Below are positions 1 to 11,700 of a stretch of DNA of 64,000 bases, piece by piece. The position numbers and the translations under genes are program-made. The notes below the pieces were generated by a model. That model was given only the letters and a program-made list of their open reading frames with translations, did not search any database and was not told where the DNA came from. Location of the stretch: contig NC_135765.1 of the NCBI RefSeq assembly GCF_052425735.1, positions 620,001-684,000 on the forward strand, read 5' to 3'. Each line of letters begins with the position of its first letter. Position 1 is the stretch's first letter. This DNA comes from Oculina patagonica. Its lineage: Eukaryota.

Positions 1-54
1 AGAAGGATTTAAGAAAAATTGTATTGAAATTTCTTTATTCGATTTCTTTTTAGC

Positions 55-3000
55 AATCCAGACCTTGCAAACCAAGATCATGAAGATGGGCTTGAACGAA
101 GAGTTTCAAAGAAAACGTAAACCCTGTTAAATGTTTCTGTTACAGTACTGTAATCACTGTTGATTAATTTAATTATTACTTAATGTAATGCTTTGAATTT
201 TATTTATTTTCTGTCCTAAGACTGTGTTCACATTCTCTTTACCTGTTTAAAGGAAGAAGCTCAAGAAATTCTTTGGCAAAAAAGTAAAGAAGCCAGAAAA
301 ATCTGTAAAAGGTTGGTTTTTAAAACATTTTTTAGCATAAATGTACATTTTATACCTAGTGTAAAAATACCGTTTTTAGAGCACTTGTGAACTAAGTCTT
401 TTCATGTTGAGAGGCACATAGAGCTCAAGGTCTAAACAAGAAGGAGCAAAGGCATGCATGTATTTTGGTATTTCCGCATGTATTCGGGGACAACTCAACA
501 TCATACATCTTTGAATAATGGCTTTGTTTCTAGGGTATAGATCCTACATGTATTTGCAAGCAAGGTAACTAGTTTTTTACAGGCAGGTGTGAAATTGACT
601 ATAAGAAGAATGTATTCAAACCTCTCTGGAAAAGATTTTTATTCATGCTTGATGGGTTTTACCAAATTTATTTCAGTGCGTAAAGATGACAGTTCTTCAA
701 GTGATGAAGAAGCTCCTCAAGACTCTCCTACTCCTCTTATCAAGGTCAGTCCCAATGTCTCTCATTAATGAGCTACCATACAGTCATGTACACTCACTTG
801 TTTAGACATTAGCACTGTGAATTTTGGTGGCATACACTGTATTATAAATCATCATCATTTTTCCGTTCTCCAAGTGGAGAATTGGGCCGTAAGCTCTCTG
901 CCTCAGGCTGTTCTGTCCTCCGCAGCCGATGCTGCTGCTGCCCATGTTCTTAAACCTTTCTTTTCCAGCTCCCTTTCGACAGTTCTTCTCTAAGTCTCGC
1001 GTGGTCGACCCTGTTTCCGTTTGCCTTCAGGTACCCATGTGAGAGCAATTCGTGGATGTGAGTGGTGATCCATTCTGAGGACGTGACCCAGCCACGTCCA
1101 TCTCCTCCTTGCCACTTGCTTGCTTATTGTCTCCATTCCTGCTCTTGCTCTAATCTCCTCGTTTGATCTCCTTGTTTATTATAAATCATGGTGTCTCCTT
1201 ATTGAAAGTTTCACTTACCTGTACTGCAGTCCACAAGAAATGCCTATTTAATACTGACCATTAAGTCTTGGGTCTCCTTCCAGGGCCTCATCTAGATTAG
1301 CACTTCTTGATGTATTCCTTTTTTTGTTCTTCTTCATACATTTATTGTTTTCATCTTGTTTGTTCTCAGATTAAGTCTGGTCACGGAAAAGGTCCAGCTG
1401 AGTTTGAGAAGCTGAGAATATTACAGGATCTTAGTGGAGAACATGTGGTATGTACATTTGGCAAGATTCAGAAAAACATGTAAACTTAACAAGAAACCAG
1501 ATCCTAGCAATAAGTGGCAGTTAGCCTCTCTTCCACTTTTGGGTTATAGGTAGCACAACAGTCTAATAGAAAGCCTGCAGAGTCCTGATTAAAACAAACT
1601 TAACACTGGCCCCAGATACGCCAAGTTCATCTGCAATATTTGGCAATTGAGAACCTGTTTCAAGCAGCTAGGAGTCACTTCTTTTCTAAGTCTTGTTTAA
1701 AAAGAATTGACTTTGCTTACCACATCCCCACACCCCAACTTGGCCAGCACTGAATTCACCATCCAACCCAGGAAGTCCAGGCACAGCTGCCCAAAACAGT
1801 TCCCTCACTAACAAGGTGAATCTAGATCTTTTGTAATCTTTTTTTTCTGTTTTTGCTTAGGGAGCTGTTTGGACAATAAAATTTACCCTTTGTGGCAGGC
1901 TCATGGTGAGTGTACTACTCCATTAGTTAAGTTGTATCTTTCTATCTTTGAACTTTTTGTGTATTTCTCTTCTTTTCAACTTTTGTTGAATTTTCTTCCT
2001 TTCCCTGCAGGCTACAGCTGGTCAGGATCACATGGTGGTAGGTGGAATGGAGTTTTGTTTATCATCAAGATTTCTTGTAACAAATGACTTGAAATAAGTT
2101 AATTTCATGTCAAACTATACTGTATTGTGGTCACAGAGTATAATGTAAGACAATGTTAAATGCAATGTGTATACATTTTGAATTTCACACCTGTGCCAGT
2201 CTGCCAGACTACAAACAGTGAATGCTTTCAGCTGTTACACTGTTATATATATTTTGCTTGACTTAAAATTAAACAAATGTTGAACACATTCTTTATGATA
2301 AGTGAAATGCATGCATTTGCAACCTCTCAGCAGAATGCTTGTATCTACTTGCAAGCCCTACTAATAAATATGTTCTCTGTTAAATTGTGTTGATTTGCAG
2401 AGAGTTTGGGTTCTCAAAGAATCCCAGGGTTATTTTGAAGAAATGAGAGCAAAATATTCTAAAACAGGTGAGATACCAATGCCATGATACAGTTAGTTAT
2501 TGTTAGAAAGCACCTTGAGAATGGTAGTTGATAGTTTAGATAAATACACTTTCTGAATGGGGCATTGATATGGGACCAAAAGGACTAGGACTTATAATTT
2601 TGTTGTGCTCTCTGTTACAGACTATCTCTTTTAGTTCGTTATTATTTCTATTTCTAGTTACATGTATTCAACATGTACACATGCTTGTTTTTGTCCAATA
2701 GAACTCTCAAATACAAGGGGTGGTGAATGGTCCCATCGTCTCAAATTTTTCTTTGTTGCCTTCTCGAAGTCCCGATTTCTTTTGCAAGGCTAAAAAAAGA
2801 TATCAGTCTCGCAAAGTCTTGCATTTACAATTCAGCACCCCTAATACAGTGGCTTTTTTTTTTTAAATGAAATTAACAGTGTTTCTTTTAAGGTGACAAT
2901 TCATCATCAGAGCATGAGGAAAAATCAGATGAATATACAGAAATGGAAGAAACATTAAAATCAAATGAAGAAAGCACTGGAGATACAGTTGAAGGAAAAA

Positions 3001-5790
3001 CAGAAAACAGTGAAGAAAGCGAGGTCAGTTGTGGTGCTTAATTGCTTGCTTGCTACATATGGTCTGTGGAAGTGGACCACCAAATGTGACCTTTAGATAA
3101 ACGTTGAGAATTTTTGACCTTGTCACATGTACTTGTGTTTTAGGAGCCTGCTGCAGAGGCCCCTGCTGAGGAGGATTTAGGCCCTTACATGAAAACACCT
3201 CTGTGTACGTACTGTGGGCACACTGGGGACGTGCTCGACTTGTCTTGGTCCAAGGTATGAAGACAAAAATTTGTCTGTAGTTATAATTGGTGAACAGATA
3301 CAAAATTCTCATTATTTTTTATTTTATTTTTATTATTATTTTTTTTTTTGCAGAATTACTTCCTTTTGTCTTCCTCAATGGATAAGACTGTCAGGTATTC
3401 TACTCGAATTTTAATTTTTTAAAAAACTCTTTCTTTGGTGAAGTTTATGTTGGAAATTTTGGATTTATAAATATTTACTTTTGCTGCAGGTTATGGCACA
3501 TCTCCAGATCTGAATGTCTGTGCTGTTTTCAGCATATAGACTTTGTTACAGCTATTTGTTTCCACCCCAGGGTAAGAGATTGCTTGAACTTACAGTTGTT
3601 ACAATGAGGCAAAAGAGAGAATTACGCATTCAGTGCAATTTTCTTACACCTTACATCAGTTTAAGTTTGTTATTCTTTGTCACAATGCTATAAGGAAGTG
3701 ACATTTACCGCTCATTAAAAGTCCAGCTGTTTCAACCCATTTTCAACAATATCTTGTCGTTTGCTCTGCAGGATGATCGTTACTTCTTAAGTGGCTCACT
3801 GGATGGTAAAATCCGTTTGTGGAACATACCAGACAAGAAGGTAGCACTGTGGAATGAAGTTGAAGGAACTGGTAAATATGTTCGATATGTACTGGTTGTT
3901 TCCTTTCTGGGGTGTATGATTACATTTTTCACAAGCAGTAACGATTAGCTAGCAATTGTCATTTTGGCGAGTCTTCATGATTTCTGAGAAACTGCAAGGT
4001 GCATGTAGGAATCCAGTTGCAATGTCTATCCTCTGGTAACGCACTCTTTAGTTGTCTCATGTTCTTTTACTTTTCTTATTTTTATTAATAGGAAGTAACC
4101 TCATTACTGCAGCTAATTTCTGTTTGAATGGCAAGTTTGCTGTAGTTGGCACTTATGATGGGCGGTGCATCTTTTACGAGACAGAGGTGAGACCAGTGTT
4201 TCTTGCATATCAGAATTCATAAAATAAGCCTGGATGACATATTTCTGTGTACACCTTATTAAATGATTATTTCTGTTTTGCTTTGTTAGCGACTCAAGTA
4301 TCATACCCAATGGCAAGTGCGGGCTGGAAGAAATAAGAAGGCCCGCGGTCGCAAGATCAGCGGTATTGAGCCAATGCCTGGAGAAGATAAGGTTACTTGA
4401 GTTGAATTTTGTTTCTGTGAGATTGAGTTCTGCCTTCAGTTAATTTTCGATATCTTAGTTCTGTTTGCCTCTTCCTTGGGTTAGCTTTTTCTTTTGGATA
4501 TTTTTACAAAGTAACATGCCGTGTTTTCTTTGTTTCCTGTTTAGGTTCTTATCACATCAAACGACTCTCGAATAAGACTTTATGACCTAAAGGACAATTC
4601 ACTTAACTGCAAGTACAAGGGTTGTGTTAACACCAGCAGTCAAATCAAAGCCGGCTTTAGGTGAGTAACACCAAAACTACGGCTTCTGCCTTTCCGGACG
4701 TAAGCCGTTTCGAGGCAAATGTAAGAGTAGACTTTTGGTCAACAGAATAAAGCAAAATCACTTGCTAGTATAACAAGGGATGTGTAGCCTGATCAGTAAG
4801 GATAGTTAACATTTCCAAGCATGTTGGGGACAGAAATCTAACATACCAAGGGCTCTTTCCATTTGTCAGAACTGGCCGGCCGGTCCGGTGGTTTTGAATG
4901 TTCAGTAAATGGGCCTTTTCCACGAGATTTTCCCACAAATCCACCATATAATATTTATGTATTGACTGATTTGGCAGGGCAAATCTGACTAACAATGGAA
5001 TTCTGTTCTCAAGTATACCGGTCTGGCCGGCCAGTTCTTACAAATGCAGAGCCAGCGCTAAGTTAATGTGTTGTTTTTACAGCCATGACGGTCAATATGT
5101 TATCTGTGGCTCAGAGGATCATTTTGTGTACATTTGGAGAACTCAACACGGATTTCCTTCCTCAAGGAGAGACAAGAACGAGTTTTACGAGAGCTTTTCA
5201 GGTAAAACAAGAAACTGGAGTAATTTCTTGTCATAAGAAATGTGTAAAGACCGTTCAGGGAGAGAATGTCTAATTTATAATGCATCTTCACATATTTATC
5301 ATCCAGCCAGGCGCAATAAGCGCAAAAACAAAAACAATGAACCAGTCAGAACTTAAAACAAGACGCTGCTGTTACCAACCGCGGGAAAAGTACGCGCAGC
5401 AAAGATTCGCCTGAGTTGACAGTTGGTTTCTTTTTGGCTTCCAATTGGTTAGCCAAAAAACGTTTGTTGGCTCTATTAGACAGTTACAGCGCTCGACAGC
5501 AAACGCATATTATAATTATTAAGAGGAAATTTTAAACTACTTTGTCAACGCGATGAAATAATTAAATTAGCCACCGCTTTAGTTTCGAGCGTTAGTTCTT
5601 AGTCAGACCTGGATTGAATCGAAATGCTTTTCTTCTCTCCCAAGCCCACGCGGTTGTGGTGACGGCAGCAATGTTCGCCCCAGTCCCCTGGTTAATTATT
5701 CCGCCAGACACGAGCTGTCAGCCATTCACTACCGAGGTACTGGTAACCGCTGACTGGAGCGGCGCCATTAAGTTATTCGTCAACAGATGA
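55..5790 (+). CDS. WDR44: WD repeat-containing protein 44 (rabphilin-11), 3' portion; about 17 exons, 5' end outside the window
   Basis: GT-AG exons at about 55-116, 252-310, 677-743, 1370-1447, 1861-1905, 2011-2036, 2401-2467, 2893-3023, 3143-3254, 3354-3394, 3491-3571, 3772-3871, 4092-4186, 4290-4391, 4545-4660, 5083-5201 and 5645-5790 (TGA). They translate to WDR44-typical segments such as [90 protein letters not shown] and VLITSNDSRIRLYDL. Confidence 0.93.
853..1176 (-). mobile_element. 5'-truncated RTE-clade LINE 3' end in a WDR44 intron
   Basis: The minus strand translates SNEEIRARAG...RRRWTWLGHVLRM...RIALTWVPEGKRKQGRPRET*RRTVE, an RTE C-terminus with stops, followed by a (TGA)n tail. 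It is flanked by a 13-bp direct repeat TATTATAAATCAT (840-852, 1177-1189). Confidence 0.85.
4848..5060. mobile_element. MITE (Harbinger-like)
   Basis: Imperfect terminal inverted repeats (TIRs): ccatttgtcagaactggccggcc ... ggccggccagttcttacaaatg. Confidence 0.55.
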
Positions 5791-6175
5791 CACGCGCATG
5801 TCTGATTGGCATCACCATGGCAACTCTTGCAGAGGAATCGCATCCAACCAGCCGCCATCTTGGATTAAACAGCCACTCCAGAACTGGGATCGATATTTAA
5901 CTGTTACGCGGTAAAGATCTTCAATACAGCTGCGTGGCTTGACGCAATACAGAACCACTGGGATCTACTTCATTTAAAAGTGTTAGAACGCTTTGTAGAA
6001 CAAGCATAACACAATCTGTTATAAAATATGATGCTGATAGGTCTTGTTTATTCATTTACTGAGCTGAAAGCAAAAAAAAACGTAAACTTAGAGACGTTGT
6101 ATTAGTATACCACCAAATTCTCAAAACTAACTTCAAGGGAAGTTAGTTTTGTATGGTGACAAATAAGGAGGATTA

Positions 6176-6344
6176 CAGCAAGGCGCCCAAAAGTGTGACC
6201 ACTTTTAATTTATTCACATTCTTTCGTGCAGATTTAATCCAATCACAAGTCAACTGCAAGCTATCCACGGCTTTTGATTGGATTAAATCTGCACGAAAGA
6301 ATGTGAATAAATTAAAAGTGGTCACACTTTTGGGCGCCTTACTG
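6176..6344. mobile_element. Palindromic MITE, Tc1/mariner type
   Basis: About 70-bp near-perfect TIRs (cagcaaggcgcccaaaagtgtgaccac ... gtggtcacacttttgggcgccttactg) with TA on both flanks. Confidence 0.85.
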
Positions 6345-7090
6345 TAATACCTCGAGCTAAGGACTGTTAGAGGTTTAGAGGGTACAGAAACTGACTCGTC
6401 TTCAGTCGTCTTTTGAGTGACTTTGAGTCCGTCCTTCGTGAGTTTAGGAAGACTGGATGAAACTAAACAGGGACGGACGCATAAGAGACGACTTGGGACG
6501 AGTCAGGTGCATAAAGACTATACTAGTGATGTAGGTACAGAACGGAGATATTTCCTCAAACTTCTACATGTAGGCCAGCGTTCAGTTGAATAATCATAGG
6601 AATGTTAAAGGATTTTGTATGTGCAGGGAAGTGTAAAAATGCCGCAAAGCCGTGACTAGTGTTTTAGAGTGCAAAAGTGCCTCGTGTTAGCTGTGGTGAG
6701 GTTTTCTATTGTCCTGAAATTTGCAATGAAAATTTAAATTTTGTCTGCTCGACCGAGTAATTCGGCGGGAAAATCTTTAGGTGGACGGTTAATCTTTTCC
6801 AGGAGAATTCACAGAATCGATTATAGAGTTGGCAACATTATTTAAAATTCCAGCTAAAATTCTAAAGAGGATTAATTATTAAAAAATATTAAGGTAGTCA
6901 CAAACTGCAATACTGAATACAGTGGACAGTTTAATAATATATTTAACAATGAATTTCTGCAGGTCGGCGTCGCTCGCTTGAGTTTTTGTGAATGTATGAA
7001 ATGAACCGAGTGATCCTGCTGTAGGCTATTGGAATTAAAAGTTTTTAAACAGCAATGTTTCTTAGTTGTCATTTAGTTGTACAAGTTTTA

Positions 7091-7703
7091 TACGGTGAAA
7101 TCCCAATTTCTCAAACCCTCGAGTTGTCGAACCTCCCGATAACTCGAACCAAATGTCTTTTCCCTTCCCACTTTCCACTGAAATTACCCACGAATTACCT
7201 TATTCTTACTAATTTTCGCGCGTACTTAATTTCGCGAAAATTCGAGAGGCGAATTTCGCGATTGCAAGAACAATTTGAGAAAAAGTGTATTAAATCTCGC
7301 GATTTTGTCAGTGTTTTATGGATCAGTCATCAAGGACAGGAACCACCAAAGTTCTAGCTCAATGTAACTACAAGGAGCCAGCAAATGGAAACTTTAGTGA
7401 CTGTACTAAAGAGATTTTGAACCAATTTACAGGCTCGAAACAGTAGTCAGAGGAAGGGTGCTAGTCAAAACCAAGACGGAAAGATATTTTTAAAGGTAGA
7501 TAGTTGCGGTTCCAAACATTAAAAATTTCTACTGTTTTGATATATAATTATGGTATTAATTTTCGCGTGTTTAAATTTCGCGCATTTTTTTTTTCGCGCG
7601 TGCTAAATTTCGCGATTATTTTGAAATCGCGAAAATTAGTAAGAATAAGGTCTCAAACCAATTTTCGTTTCCATTGAAGGTTCGAAAAATTGGGATTCCA
7701 CTT
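7091..7703. mobile_element. MITE with a second MITE (7198-7650) nested inside
   Basis: Inner TIRs ccttattcttactaattttcgcg / cgcgaaaattagtaagaataagg. Outer ends gtgaaatcccaatttctc / gaaaaattgggattccac. Confidence 0.65.
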
Positions 7704-8293
7704 TATTTGATTGATTCAATATTTACACAAGACTATTTTAGTATAACATCTTTGACGAATGAAGTATGAACGGATTATATTTTTTATCACGAACTGCAGG
7801 TAAATGAGTGTAAATTTAAGACGTATTTACAACTACTTTTGACATTGCAAACAACAGCTGGGATCATTTCTTTAGGTGACGTCATTTTGTTGGTTTTCCG
7901 GCCTTGGCTAATCAAAAAGGCAAGTTATTTATAATAAAGCAGTTCATCAGTTAAAGTGCCAATAAAGTGCTTAGTTTATTATCGTGCGACAGGGATTAAT
8001 CAGACTGCGAGAAGTTATCTTTTCTTTACTAGGTAGGCGATCATCAACCAAAGGAAATCGCGCCGACACTAAAAAAGATTTTCATGTCTCGATATAATGT
8101 CATGTTATCTAGCCCCAAGCCCCTTGCAATTGGGCTCGGCCGAGAGCGAGCTGTTCCCTTACCAACGTTCCTAAGGAATACCGGGGGGGAATACCGCAGG
8201 TGTTCCGTGGGCTTGGTCAGATAACCCCGCAGATATGCATAAGTACTACTGATACTACTCAACGTGCGAGTTACGAAGTATGTAAGTAGCTAT

Positions 8294-8696
8294 GGAGTAT
8301 GAACGGAGTGTATAAATGGACTGATGGATCACTCTATGGAGTTACTAGCTAACAGGGACATTCATAGCTATAACACAAGGAATAAAGACATGCTTAGGCT
8401 ACCTCATGTAACCAAAAATTGGGGAAAGCAGAGAGTGTGTTATCACTCTCTGAAAGACTGGAATAACCTAGACAGAGACACCAGAAATGCACTTGATTTT
8501 GTAAATTTTAAGCGTAGCGTTCTAAGTAGGTTTTTTAGTTAATTCTTTCTTTTGTATTCAAGTTAGTTTTTAATAATAGTTTTTAATTCTTAGGTATTTT
8601 TCGTTTTATTGTATATAGTCTTATTCAGTATTTTTAATCTTAGTTAGGACCTTTCTGAAAACCACTGTATAGTGAATGAAGGCTTCCTAATAAAAG

Positions 8697-8731
<35 letters not shown>
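8294..8731 (+). mobile_element. LINE (CR1/L2 group) 3' fragment with (TTA)n tail, present only in channel copy A
   Basis: The ORF HSYNTRNKDMLRLPHV...WNNL is a typical CR1/L2-group RT C-terminus, followed by AATAAA and (TTA)n. It is flanked by TAGCTA repeats and absent at the equivalent site of copy B (about 23505). Confidence 0.8.
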
Positions 8732-8733
<2 letters not shown>

Positions 8734-8769
8734 GCTAACGCATCTACTTTTACATGCATATGTTCTGTG

Positions 8770-11700
8770 TTAGGTCAAACCCGCGGAAACTGGAGTCAGT
8801 TCCTTGGTTTTCACTCCTACTGTTCCTAGTCCGATGTCCAATACTCCCATCTCGATATCAACATTGTTACCTGAAAAATAAAGATGACAACTTTATTATT
8901 TCCCATGTAGATGTACTGTAGTAGCGAATGGTTATTTAACATCAGCCTCTAGGTCATATTCAGTTTTATTATAAAAGAACGCCGCCAATTTTAAATACAT
9001 TTTGCAGTGTTCATTATAAAAGCGATCTGATGATAAAAATCTTGACTGTTAATTGTAAGGTAAGAGCCACAGATAAACGAGTTCAATCTGGCTTAGACGA
9101 AGAAAATGTGGCTACGCAATGACTTCGGCCATCTTCTTCTCCACAAAAGCCGAGTGCCTTGTGCCTTGAATACTAGTAAGGTTCTAGTAACTGACAGTCA
9201 ATTATTTATACGGGAAATTCTGGATCTAAGAACATAGGAGATTTGTGTGGTATACATCGAGCCGGATGACAGCAAAAGCAGTAAAATATATCGGAGATAA
9301 ACAAGATAACTGTACAAACCAGCTGTTTTTTCCATGTGTCTGACTCTTGCGCTAATATTCCACAGGGTTCCTATCGTCATGAGAATGATTGTGAGACAAC
9401 CACAGGCCAGCAGAATGTAATCCATAAATGTCAGATGCGTCTCTGATGAAGCCGGCTTTATACGCTGGCGTTGCTTTCCACGACTGTATTGTTTAAAGCA
9501 GCTTACCTAAAAATTGAGAAAAAGCCTTCAATTATTTTTGATAATTTGTATCCAGTGCTGGTGACGCAGAAAAAGTGCTCAATGACGGTGCAGTTTTAAA
9601 ATACTTGTTCATTGTAACCAGTTGTTCGGGGTTCGCGGTCCGTGTTTGCATAGCACAATGAATCATGACATCAACGAGTGTTTTTTGAGAGTTTAAATTT
9701 GTGAGGACCAACTGAAACAAAGACAGGCAAATACCTAACAACTAACGATTTTTTATGGGCACTGCTGGTGCTTATCTCACTTTCAGAAGTATTGCTACTC
9801 CCCCTAGTTGAGGTGCTTGTCCACCCCAAGTTAGCTCTCAACCTTTAGTCAGATTGCAGATAACCATTTTTACTCACGGGTAGGGAGAAACAAAAGAGAA
9901 CAACACAGTGGGATTATGACCCCGGCCAGATTTGGAGCTCGAGTCCAGGCCGGCCTCTCGATCCAGCGCTGACCATGAGGCCACCGCGCGTCCGCCCCTC
10001 GCACAGAGGCTTTGTTTTGTTTTGTTGTTTGTTTGTTTGTTTTTTATTTGTTTTTATGGGAAAATGCGTGCGTGTGAACTGTATGCACAGTAAAGCTGAA
10101 AAACAAACTGCCGAGTTTTTGAACGATAACAAATTATTTAAGTTACTTGTTTTACTTGTGACCTTCCAAGCCTTAGACTTCGATACTGGGGGGAAGCATT
10201 GGGTGGCGATCCAATTATAGTCTGATCCAGTAAGATAAGTACACTATTAGAGTATGACATTGTAAGTCTAACTGATGAAAATGACAAATGTTTTCATAGT
10301 AGTGTAGTAGGCACCGGTTACCCCTGTTTTTTGGGCAGGAATCTCATTAGTGTGGGCAGAAATACATTAACGTGAATGACGTCATAGACTCATGAATAAA
10401 ATGCGTTGGATTTAATTAACCTGTGGGTGTTCTATTTTTATCCTGGTTGGTATAACCAGACTACCGCCACCACCACCACCACCGCCACCACAATTCTATT
10501 GTTTAACTCAATCACCAACACCACCGGTGGTGAAGTTAAACAATAGATTGTGGTGGCGGTGGTGGAGTTAAACAATAGAGTTGTGGCGGCGGTGGCGGAG
10601 TTAAACAATAGAATTGTGGTGGTGGTGGAGTTAAACAATAGAATTGTGGTGGTGGTGGTGGTGGTGGTGGAGTTAAACAATAGAATTGTGGCGGTGGTGG
10701 AGTTAAACAATAGAATTGTGGTGGTGGTGGAGTTAAACAATAGAATTGTGGCGGCGGTGGTGGAGTTAAACAATAGAATTGTGGCGGCAGTGGTGGAGTT
10801 AAACAATAGAATTGTGGCGGCGGTGGTGGTGGCGGTAGTCGGGTTACACCAACCAGGATAAAAATAGAACACCCAGAGGTTAATTAAATCCAACGCATTT
10901 TATTCATGGGACTATGACGTTATTCACGTTAATTTATTCCTGCCCATACTAATGAGATTCCTACCCAAAAAGAGCGGCTTATTCTGTGCCTACTATACTG
11001 CTTTTCTTACATCCGGCATGTCCGTTTCATTGATATCTTCTAATCCATCGTCTTCTACTCCCGATTTCAATCCATCGTCTGCCATTCCTGATGTCAATCC
11101 ATCGTCTGTCATTCCCGATCCCGAATACCAGTTCATTTCCCATTTCAACTGTATTTTCTGCCTCCAATATTCCATACAATAGGTAAAGTTTTCATCTGTT
11201 TTGCTCCTGTTAGTCAACTGAATTCCGACTCCGATGCTAGGTGACGAGGAGTATTCTTCAAGAACGTCGACAATCATGAAATCGAAGTGGCTCTTAGCCT
11301 TGCAGTCAAACAGCCATATTTTGTCCAGGGTCCCATTCTGCAGGCCGTCAAGGAGTTCATGTTCTGTAGAATACGCTGCAAACAACAAATGACCAGGAGC
11401 CCATTACCTGGAGTGACTAACAATACAATACAATACAATACAATGTTTAATGTGGTCATTACACTTAGCTATGGTTTCGATGCGTCCCGCAGATATGGTT
11501 AGCAAAATCTGCGGGAACGCACCAGCTAGTTTACAGGTAAGCCACAATGAAAATAAAACAAAAATAAAATAAAGTGAATAAAATTCTTCAAAGCTTTAAA
11601 GCTTTAAATATGTGCGACGCATTTCCTGATTAAAAATTTCTAGCTTAAAAATTAGTTAAAAAAAAAAGAGTGAGCTAAAAGTTATAAAATATATACAATT

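Noticed and set aside
10438-10893. Repetitive ORFs (VVELNNRIV / TTILLFNS) and a superficially CRISPR-like repeat array
   Set aside because: These are translations of the minisatellite inside the Polinton-like element. The 'spacers' are only GTG/GCG runs, there are no cas genes, and the context is eukaryotic.
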